Below are positions 1 to 10,000 of a DNA stretch of 64,000 bases, piece after piece (within the stretch, counting starts at the first letter, position 1; each line of letters starts with the position of its first letter). This DNA comes from Trichoplax sp. H2. Taxonomy: Eukaryota. The position numbers and the translations under genes were made by a program. The stretch is taken from NCBI GenBank assembly GCA_003344405.1, contig NOWV01000285.1, positions 1 through 64,000 on the forward strand. Direction: 5' to 3'. The notes beneath the pieces are model-generated. The model was not told the DNA's origin. It searched no databases and saw only the letters and a program-made list of their open reading frames with translations.

Positions 1-420
1 GGGTTTATAAAAGTTATGCTTTATTGTAGGTTAGTAATGTGAAGTACAGTGAGGTAGTTACGGTAGATCAGCGTGCAAGCTGTCGTGAGTAACGAGTAGA
101 AGTATTAGACTGTGAGAGACTAACTAGAAGACTAACTGAGAGGCTAATGAACTCTGAGGTAGAAATCGCCGGTATTTATAGTTTTAAAGATAGAGCACAT
201 GCAGAGAATAGGATTGTGGAATTAGATACAACATATACCATAACAGGTTACAAAATAGCAGATGATTGTAGAAAACAGCGAGTACCGTAATAACTAAATA
301 CAGTAGTCTATATATGAATGTAGAGTAAGCGGACTGTAGATCTGTCTAAATATAAGAGCAATACAACATGTCTATATTTAAGAGTAGAATATAGTTACAG
401 TATATTCTAAATGCACTACA
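1..420 (-). mobile_element. Probable LTR (solo or 5' LTR), truncated by the window edge
   Basis: The minus strand begins TGTAGTG at 420 and then has a TATA box (TATAAATA, 173-180) and AATAAA (21-26), in LTR order. The other end and any TSD are outside the window. Confidence 0.35.
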
Positions 421-1141
421 ATATTACCGAATGTTGATAAATTCTAGCCCGAATAAAGTAGTTGGATTTATACTATACTAGGATACCAAGTAAAATCTGA
501 CGGTAAATCAAACCAAATTAAGTACCTTTTAAAGCTAAAAAATTTATTAAAATATAAAACCTTGAAGAAAAATTCTAAAATTAACCTTCATTACAATATG
601 TAGTATACGTATAATAGTATACCTAGTTAAATTCGTTATTAAGAATCAGATTAATGGCCTTAGTATTCAAGCAACTAATCATCATGTAAAAAATACAATT
701 AAGTCCATTTCGTCTTAAATGATCATTCGAGACCTTTATATTACTGACCTTTTCTAATAAATATCTCACGCATTAATTCAAAGTCATTTAATATAATCTA
801 GTTTATTCTATATTCTATTCCTCTATATCACTCTACCTATGATACGTGTATTTCTTGATATAATTAACAATAGTGTCAACTGGAAGATTCCATTTCGTAT
901 GTAATTAAAAATACCTTTACTTCGCCTAATGCCGCTAATTTAGTAAGATTGTTGATTAGTTTCATGTTGCTTCGTGTTTTAACAATAAGTAAACCAAGCG
1001 ACATTAGTTCTGATGCACTATAATTTTTAGTTGAGTTTATCTTCTATCATTTACTAAGCATGAAATTGTTAGTATTATTTAAAAGTATTGGCGAGTCTAT
1101 CGTGTTTCACTCATTCAGTGTGAACGTCGCGTTGATGTATT

Positions 1142-3559
1142 TTACTTTTCAACTTTTTCTCTTGCTTCAGAAATGTGGCGAAGCAGATTTTCACGAAGAT
1201 CTATGCACTCTTCCGATTCCATCTCTTGCTCAATTTTATTTAGACATTGGGTTAAGATCTCCATTTTCTTTTCAAGGCTTTCATTCGACTTTCTTAAACT
1301 ATCGTTTTTATCTTGTAACTCTTTAAACTGTCTCTGTTGCGATTGTGAACCCTTCCTTTGCTCAATCTTATCCTTTTCCTGTCCCTTGACATTTTGACGT
1401 TGTAACTCAATATCTGGTCTTTGAAACGATTTAAATATATCTATCAAATCTAAAGGTATCAAAAATCTGCTACGCTTTAGAAAGTTAATCATTTTCGAAT
1501 TTTGGCTAGGCAAAGACGGAAATATTGCCGTGTAAAAGGTAACCAAATCGTGTCCTCTCATTTTTAATATTACTTTAGGATAAGATAAGGTAATATTATT
1601 TTCAAAACGTACATCTTCTGTACATTTAATCAACTCATAAGCCTCTTCTGAGCCTTTTTGCTTCTTAATAAGATTTTTTTTCTTGATCAGTCTATTTGTA
1701 GCTTCGACTATTTCTGTAGTATAGTCTATTAGCTCTTTAAGAAGACCTTTACAATTGGTACGCTGGCGGATTTTCTTAACATAATCGATTAGCTTGCCTT
1801 CATTATAAACAAATTTACATACAGTTTCGAAATTATCTATTGTAATTATCGACTCCTTATTTAATATTCCAGACTTACTCACAACATCTTTATGTAGTGT
1901 TTTCAAGCTATTAATAGCTTCTTGAAAATCATCTTTAAGCTTAATGAATTTTTCCACTATATCAAATAGGTTTTTAGACATGATGTTGACAATTTGTTGC
2001 AGTACTTTAGTCAAATTAGTAACATTTTTTTCCATTAATAAATCAGACAAGCAATCAGGATGTTGTTTTTCTTGAAGATTCACATTGATTTGGGTTTTAA
2101 TTTCTTCTGCTTTCCCACATTTCCTTAAATAATAATATATATAGACCGGATCATAAAGATAGTTTTCCATGCTATATCTATTCAAACATCGGATATTATA
2201 TAATTTAGGTTCTTCTTTATTATCGTTATCAATCAATCCAAATACAAATTCTCTTAAGCTCAGATCTTCATTTTCTATATTCATGCATGTTTCGACGATA
2301 TTTTCCACTAAAGCTCTACATGAATTTTCAATCATCTTACTGCTACTATCATCTGAAGAATCTTGCCTTTTTCTCTTGACACCAGGAGACATAAACAGTA
2401 ATGGATAAGTAGCCTCTAACATACTTTCATTGGTTAGCTTGAGTTGAATCATTTGATAAAATAATTTATCATCATAGGCTTCAACAAAAACCATCCGAAA
2501 AGGTGAATTGACATAGACACAGCCTGAATCTAAATATTGTAGGGCTTGACGTCTGCTCTCAGCCTGTTCAATCTTGACTTTTCTAGTATCAGTTTTTGGC
2601 ACGGCACAGGTGTTGTGTTTGGATAAAGGCTCGTAAAGATGCATACTTGTAAGCGTACGAGATGTGTCTTCCCTCATAATGTAGATACAATCTTTAGGTA
2701 CTAGACTAACAGTTGTAGAACTATGAGTTGTCATAATAACTTGCATACCAAGCTGCAATACCAACCTAGTTTTAATAATTTCAATTACTCTTTTTACTGA
2801 ACTGGTGTGAAGATGTGCATCTGGCTCATCTAGCAAATAGACGGCTCTCTTATTACTTTTCGTATCCGTTTCTATTTCAAATAGCCATAGCGCTGATAGC
2901 AATTCCAAAGACTCACCAGGAGATATCTGCACATCACTTTTATCGTAATAAAAATCACGTTTCACGCATTGCGCTTTACGATCCTTTTTGTCTTTACTTA
3001 CATCGTGCTTAAATCCAGATTTTTTTAAATGGTCATTTATATGATCAATTTTAATACCTTTTCGCAATAAATTTCTCACGAGGCTGTTCCATGAGCCAAA
3101 GTTTATATCGAAAGAATTGTCTTTATTGAAGTACCGAAACTGTCCCAAGTCTTCATTCTTTCTAAAATTAGAACTGTAGTAGTGACATTTTGGAATTTCA
3201 TCACTACATTTTATAGCAATATCTTTATCTGTCCTTCCATTATGTTTGATTGATTTTTTATGTTCTATCTTTAATTCTTTGCTTCCTTCTGTTAACCTTC
3301 TAGCTTCTTCTTCACGAAGTCCCCGCATAATAGCTTCTAAAACAGCCGTTTTACCGCAACCGTTTTTACCCGTTATGACAGCTAGCATAGGAATGTTACT
3401 CCAACAGAACGATTGATTAAGATTTTTGAATCCATTACCAGTAACTTTCATTTCAGATAAGTATCCTGCCATTGTACATTTTTTATCGATTTCATTATCA
3501 TAACGCTCTTGATACATTTCAGTCTCATTCCGGTTATGTGGCCGTTGGAAACTAGCCAT
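1142..3559 (-). CDS. Intronless ABC-family ATPase (AAA_21/OLD-like) + TOPRIM/DUF4435-like nuclease fusion with C-terminal coiled coil, ~805 aa
   Basis: Motifs seen: Walker A GKNGCGKT; signature ISPGE; Walker B/D-loop YLLDEPDAHLH; H-loop IMTTHS; TOPRIM VFVEAYDD, GLIDND (DxD), YSMENYLYDP, and MRGHDL. The first ATG is at 3559 (the ORF track starts at a TTG, 3595). A splice-acceptor-like TTACAG lies just upstream (AG at 3598-3597) and AATAAA lies downstream (807-802). Confidence 0.88.
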   Translation of the reverse strand: MASFQRPHNRNETEMYQERYDNEIDKKCTMAGYLSEMKVTGNGFKNLNQSFCWSNIPMLAVITGKNGCGKTAVLEAIMRGLREEEARRLTEGSKELKIEHKKSIKHNGRTDKDIAIKCSDEIPKCHYYSSNFRKNEDLGQFRYFNKDNSFDINFGSWNSLVRNLLRKGIKIDHINDHLKKSGFKHDVSKDKKDRKAQCVKRDFYYDKSDVQISPGESLELLSALWLFEIETDTKSNKRAVYLLDEPDAHLHTSSVKRVIEIIKTRLVLQLGMQVIMTTHSSTTVSLVPKDCIYIMREDTSRTLTSMHLYEPLSKHNTCAVPKTDTRKVKIEQAESRRQALQYLDSGCVYVNSPFRMVFVEAYDDKLFYQMIQLKLTNESMLEATYPLLFMSPGVKRKRQDSSDDSSSKMIENSCRALVENIVETCMNIENEDLSLREFVFGLIDNDNKEEPKLYNIRCLNRYSMENYLYDPVYIYYYLRKCGKAEEIKTQINVNLQEKQHPDCLSDLLMEKNVTNLTKVLQQIVNIMSKNLFDIVEKFIKLKDDFQEAINSLKTLHKDVVSKSGILNKESIITIDNFETVCKFVYNEGKLIDYVKKIRQRTNCKGLLKELIDYTTEIVEATNRLIKKKNLIKKQKGSEEAYELIKCTEDVRFENNITLSYPKVILKMRGHDLVTFYTAIFPSLPSQNSKMINFLKRSRFLIPLDLIDIFKSFQRPDIELQRQNVKGQEKDKIEQRKGSQSQQRQFKELQDKNDSLRKSNESLEKKMEILTQCLNKIEQEMESEECIDLRENLLRHISEAREKVEK

Positions 3560-4604
3560 TTTGATATTGAATAGGATAAATCCTGAATGTAGCAACCTGT
3601 AACACTGTATTCACTATTCAGACAAGTCAAGAGACTGGCGTATTTCGTAAATCGTATTCCTTTATAAGAACTAAGAAGATACACCTAGCTAAAGTTATAC
3701 AATCTACTGTAATATGAGAACGTAATATCATGGAATATTCTAGAATTCACAATTGCCCTTGCGATATACTTGTATGTCAATAAAAGAATATTTCACCTGC
3801 AATCGTCCATAGCAAGACACAGGAGTACGGAAAAGTTAAGTTACTACTATCGATGAACTCTTGCATGCTACACACTGGCGGCAGAATAGCATTGTCAACA
3901 GCTAAATGGCGCTCACATTCAAATAGTCTTATTATTAAGATTTACGTAGATATTATTTACTCTTTATTTAGCGTAATTATCTAAATATAGTAATTTGTAC
4001 TAAATATGAGTATATAAAAGAGACAGTATTCAAGGCTGTATAAGCTAAGTACGAGAAAGAGAGTTAGCGAAGAGATATTGTTTAGATCTGATCTTATTAA
4101 TCGTTGGTAACATATCGCTATTGAATTAGCTGTTGTTCAGCTACTCGTTTATAACTTCTATTTCCTAACTAATGAATTAAACATGTAGCCAGATCTAAAG
4201 TCTATTCTTAGTATTATTAATTAGTACTACATCCCTACACTGTTTACAGTAATACATCGCATTATTATGCGTCATAATCTAACAAATGTAACATAACATA
4301 TAATAAATGTTACATATACACTGTAAAACTAGAGGGCGTAACAATAACAGTGATGAAACTAGTTTAGTTGAAGAGTTCTCAGATTTTACAGCTTATCCAT
4401 TTCTTTAATCACTACTCATTGCAAATTATAGAAATGCTAAAGAAGAACAGGCATATCGCTAGTGATTTATAGTTACTACTAAAATTCTTGACCAAAATGC
4501 CTCAACTGGATGAAATTATTTTGAAACTTAAGATTGAATTAAATTAAGCTGTACGAGTACGTACTTTAGGGAAAGGTAGTTATAAAATGGTAACCGAACT
4601 TATA

Positions 4605-4761
4605 GGTACGCTTACAGATTTCTTAACATAATCGATTAGCTTGCCTTCATTATAAATAAGTATACATGTAGTTTCCAAATTGTCCATTATAATTATCGAC
4701 TCCTTACTTAATACTCCAGGCAAGATCTTTACGTAGTGTTTTCAAGCTTTTAATAGCTTCT
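4605..4761 (-). pseudogene. Fragment of an ATPase-TOPRIM paralog (helical insert region)
   Basis: Clear nucleotide similarity to ~1757-1922 of gene 1 (for example shared TTTCTTAACATAATCGATTAGCTTGCCTTCATTATAAA), with indels. Confidence 0.8.
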
Positions 4762-5230
4762 AATAGCTTGGCTAATGTATTCTGCTTCCAACGCTAGTCA
4801 ATTACTCTCGTCCATGATTGTCATTGGCCATGATTATAATCTGTATTCATTTTTTGAAATTAAACAGGACAAGATGGTATTTGCAATAGACGATATTGAT
4901 CAATGATTTATCTAACTGATGATGGTTTCATCATCATCATCTATTTTATCAATGGTGAACATTCTTTTTTATGCTATCGAATGAAATATTGGAAAAGGAA
5001 ATTAAATAATACCATTGACAATATCATATTTAGAAATTTAAAATTCTGATTCACAAAATTTCATGTTACTTGTATAAAAAACTACTGGTACAAAAAAAAT
5101 AATAACTACCTCCATGCAACACGTATATACAGATAGAACATTGGATATGAATCATTTTATTTTGTGATTTATAAGTAAGATTTATGATTTACAAGTAAGA
5201 ATCTGTAAGATTAGTTGTTCGTACTGTAAT

Positions 5231-5488
5231 CGAAGATGTCTTGCTATATCCACTGATTGTTTATTATTTTAAATTTAAAGTAAGTCAATCAGATCGATGT
5301 AAGCAATTCCTTTGTCCAATACTATCACATTATCCGAAAATTCTATAGGAATATCCAATAAATTCATGAATTAAAGCAAACGAGATTATCGCCGGCCTTG
5401 TAAATCCCTTCATATCGACTACTTATAAGGTAACGCCTTTGTTCTTATTGTGAAACTTTTAGGGATTTAATCTGAAATAAAATCTTTT
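5231..5488 (+). repeat. Interspersed repeat, copy 1 (~260 bp), lying between the pseudogene fragments
   Basis: Colinear with 12343-12600 (for example AATACTATCACATTATC.GAAAATTCTAT and AAACTTTTAGGGATT). Confidence 0.75.
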
Positions 5489-5689
5489 ACACGGTCTGAT
5501 TTTGAAAAGCCTATGACTAGAATAAATATACTGTTTTTAAAATTTAATTCAAATTTTAATTCAGCCCAGTTAACAATGTATCCTTATATTCGTAAGCTTA
5601 ATTTCTATATTATTTCTTAAAAGTAAAGATAGACTATCAGGGTTCGAGGATATATTCTGGGCATAAACCTTTCTACTCTTTGTAACTAA

Positions 5690-6486
5690 TTGTCAAATAC
5701 CATGTTGACATTTAAATTTGTAATACTTTATTTTTTCTTTCTTACATAATTATATAAATAAACTGGATCACAAGTACAATTTTTCTAGCAGTATCTTTCT
5801 TTCCAGCCTTTGAAGCTATTTGATTTTGATCTGCACCTATTATTGTTAATAACTAGACCGAATACAAATTTTATCAAAGTATAATTACGACGTTCGTTGA
5901 CGACTTTAGAGTTAGCACAAAATTTGACAAGCCTTTTTATGATCAATCTAGATGAGTCTTCAATAATTATTTTACCGTCCTCACATAAAAGGCGTTCTCT
6001 TATACTACAACCATGAGATTTAAACTTTTAATAGTGCATTAGGTATGAATAAACATTTACGAATTATCGTATTCATGATGATTGGATAAAATTCTTCATC
6101 ATTTAATAGCTAAAAAAATACCAGCCTAAAAGGAAAATTAAATACAAAAAATTCTCAAGCTAACAACTGTACAGTTTACCGCCTGCCAAGAGCTTCTTTA
6201 ATTTTGACCCCATATTCTACAGAGTCATATTCTAATATAATTTAGAAGCTTTCTTTAGGCACAAGTTTGATAGTTGTTAGATTATGAGTAGTCATAATTT
6301 AAATACCAAGCTAGGATATTAATTGTGTTCTTAATTCATAGTTTCATTAATTTCTTTAATTAAACTTGGATGAAGGTGTGCGTCCCGTTCAACCAAAATA
6401 ATTTCACCACGTTTCATTTTTCCAAGTTCTTACTATCAAATACCCATGACATGGACAACAATTCTAAACGTTTACCAGGAGGTAAC
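5690..6486 (-). pseudogene. Degraded ABC ATPase-TOPRIM paralog (signature motif through TOPRIM)
   Basis: Translates in pieces as LPPGKRLELL...GEIILVERDAHLHPSLIKEI...IMTTHN...SHG...EDSSR...FVFGLV. It is colinear with ~7900-8655 of gene 2 but has frameshifts and stops. Confidence 0.85.
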
Positions 6487-6759
6487 TAAACTAAGCATTT
6501 AGTTTATGCTGTAATAAATTAACTCCTAAATTATGGCCTCGAAGTTGCTATTATAGTAATTAGATTCAAATCTTCTCAATTTCACTCTCTTAATATAGAT
6601 ATCTAGGGTATAGATAGACAATTATTTTCGAGATCTCGGATATTCAAATCGCTAACCAGTAGCTTTATGTCATACTGCAAAATGTAAATTTACAAAGTCG
6701 TATATCTATTTAGTAATTCTTACTATTTCAAAACTTTACGGTAGGTAGTAGTAATTAAA

Positions 6760-6850
6760 GTTTTATAAACTATAGATGCAAGGTATATTATGATCTTAAC
6801 AATATAGTACTAGGATAAGATATGAATATCTTGTCATTAGCCTTCTGTGT
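6760..6850 (-). pseudogene. Possible remnant of the C-terminal SYPK-x-IL...GH module
   Basis: KIFISYPSTILL/DHNIPCIY (with a frameshift) resembles KIILSYPKVILKMRGHDLVMFY. TAGGATAAGATA is shared with 7263-7274. Confidence 0.4.
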
Positions 6851-7095
6851 ATGTTTTGAGTATCCAGGACTTGCTTTGGCACTGATTAGAGGAATCACAT
6901 TCTTTTCTCCTATTTTGGTGTAGACTATTTCATCAATTATATTTATGCCACTTTTATTCTTTCCTTTAATATCTGAATGATGTTTTTTCATAAATACAGG
7001 TATCTTCTTTAACTGCTAGAGTTGGTCTCGGTAATGGCTTTTCGTAATTCTATTATACTATCCAGTATTTACTGCATTGAAACCTTCACGTTGTA

Positions 7096-10000
7096 CTAAA
7101 CATGAGAAGTCTGCAGCTCTTTAAGTATCTTCACCAAATCGGATGGAATCAAGAAATTTTCATTTCTAAGGAACCTAATCATGTTACTAGCATTTGGCAT
7201 AGATTTAAATGTTTCCTTATAGAACATAACTAAATCATGTCCTCTCATTTTTAATATTACTTTAGGATAAGATAAGATTATCTTTTTTTCAAAACTTATT
7301 TGAATTCTATCAGGTATTAGCGTATCCCCATCCTCCAAGAAACTATTTCGTTTTAATCTGCCAATTGCCTTGTTAATACTATCTGCATAGTCGTATAGGC
7401 CTTTCAGCTTGTGATCAAAATCCTTACATTCTGCGTTCATGTTTTCAAGGATAATTTCAATCTTGTGTATTAGCTGGCCTTGGAAATATCCTTGTTTATT
7501 ACCTTGGCTATTACCTTGGGCCAAATTTTGGATATTATTTTGGTCGTTGTCTTTCTCATAACTTTGATTATTGTTTAGCTTACATTTCTGTTTTAAAATT
7601 TTCATATCTTTTTCAATTTTTTGAGCGAATTCCTCATTTTCACTTAATTTACCAGTTAACACTTTTATATTATTCCGGTATGAGATTAATTTTAAAGCAA
7701 GATCCGCGAAATTTATCGTTTTATTTAATAAGACAAATCCTTCTATTGTTTTAACTAGCTTATCATATATGATATCGATAATGATTTGTAATACGCGAGT
7801 ATTAGTTTTGGTATCACCATCTTCGCAATATTTCGACAAGCGAACAGGATGACTTTTAAGTCCAAGCTTGCTATTCACTTCCTTTTCAATTTCCACTAAG
7901 TTATCTTTCTTTCTAAAATAATAATATAAATAAACCGGATCGTAAATATAGTTTTCCAAGCTATATCTATCTTCCAAGCATTTGATGTTATTTAATGTAG
8001 ATTTGCCCATATTATCGTTATCGACGAGCCCGAATATGAACCCTGTCAAACTATAATCTCTATTTTCTTTTGCAATTTTTGGGTCGGCACAAAATCCAAC
8101 AAGTCTCTCTACTATCTGCCTAGATGAATCTTCAGTAGTTATGTTTCCGTCTTCATCGGGAGAATGCTTTTTTAAACTATAACCATGAGAATGAAACTTT
8201 AATGGTATGCTTGGAATAAATAATTGTTTCTGAATTAATTTGTTTACGATCATTTGGTAAAAATGTTCATCATCTGTAGCTTCAACGAAAATTAACCTAA
8301 AAGGTAAACTGACATGTACAAACTCTGAAGTTAATAGCTGTATCGCTTGCTCCTTGCTCTTTGCCTTTTCAATCTTGACTTGTTTCCTTCTAGAGCTATC
8401 TTCAGAAATAATATAGATGCTATCCTGAGGTACAAGACTGACAGTTGTTGGACTATGAGTAGTCATAATAATTTGAATATCAAGCTTAGATATCAATTTA
8501 GTTTTAATAGTTTCGATCATTTCTTTGACTAAGCCAGGGTGGAGGTGAGCATCTGGTTCGTCCAGTAAAATGATTGCACCTACATTACTTTTTTTCCAAA
8601 CTTTTGTTTCAAATCGCCATAATAGGGTTAGTAATTCTAAACGTTCACCAGGAGATAGATCCTCACTTTTAATGTTTTTGGAATCACTCTCTATATTTAA
8701 CATTAACTGACTAAACTTATCGTTTTCCAAACAATCATTAGATAAAATATATTTAAAACCATTTCGGTTTAAATGATCATTTAAATCTTGTAACTTGGTA
8801 CCATTTTCCAGTAAATATTTTGGGTATTGGTCCAGAGTGGCATAGGATGTTAAGTGCAAGCCTACTTGGCCATTAATGCACTCTTCTAATTCATGATCAA
8901 ATATTGTTTGATAATCGCGGCCTAAATTCTCAATTGATGAAAATTTATCCATATCATCAACTTGTTTTATAATCTGGTCAAAAAGACTTTCATATTTTGG
9001 AAATTTCAAAGTGTATGGCTTTTGTTCTTTCTTGGATTTATTATAAAAAATTAAATCCAAAGCTAGGTCATTTGAGTTCTCGGATGCCTTGTAAGAATCT
9101 CCATAAGTTCTCATACTACTGCCTACAAATTTCGAGTCGGCACTATGAGCATATATCTGAGGCAAGTTGCATCCTGAATCACCGCTAACATCTAATTCAA
9201 TACCATAATCTTGTTTAACTGATTTATCAGTTTTAGTATCATGTCCTTGTCGTATTGCATCTAGGAGGGCTGTTTTACCGCAACCATTTTTACCTGTAAT
9301 AACGGCTAGCTTAGGAATGTTACGCCAACAGAATGGGGCGTGAAGATTCTTGACGTTAGTCTTATTATCCATAAATTGCATTCGAACCAAGTAGCCTGGC
9401 TTTCTACACTCTTTGTCCGAGAAGCCTTCACATAGCTTAACATTTTTAATTTGAAGGTTATTCTTATGAATTTCTTCAATATTCTTCTTAGCCAAAGACT
9501 TGCATACATTGACTTTTATTATTTGTCCATCTGTTGGCCCATTCGCTACTTCATTGATAATACAGTTGATAGCTTCCATCATCTGTATACCACAAGCGTA
9601 ATTACAGCGATTATTCCGTTTGAATTCTAAGACAACAATATCAAATTTCTTGCCATTCTGATCAATATTTTGCCGAATATCACGTAAATTATCTTCATAT
9701 GTTGAATGTGAATCAAAATAAAAGACAGAAGGTTTGGCTCCAATATTTTGCTTAATCACCAATGCTACCCAGTGATTATTTTCGATTTGGATAGGCGCTA
9801 TGATACAGTGTTTATCGTTGCTTTTCATTGATTTTATAATTAGTTTGGATAAGTTACTGTCTTTAACAGTCATTGCTGACAAAACTTTATACGGAATCAA
9901 ACTGGAATGTAATAAATGTCGTAAATCATCTATGCCCAGGTAACCATCATTTATAACATCTTTATCTTTTTCATCGCTATACTGCCTTTGCTTCGTAAGG

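Noticed and set aside
3560..3595. ORF-track N-terminal extension MLHSGFILFNIK
   Set aside because: It starts at TTG. In a eukaryotic context the ATG at 3559 (AAAATGG) is the plausible start unless an upstream coding exon splices in.
3890..4343. LTR-like stretch (TATATAAAAG at 4011, ending GGGCGTAACA followed by ATAAC)
   Set aside because: No matching left TSD or TG terminus was found.
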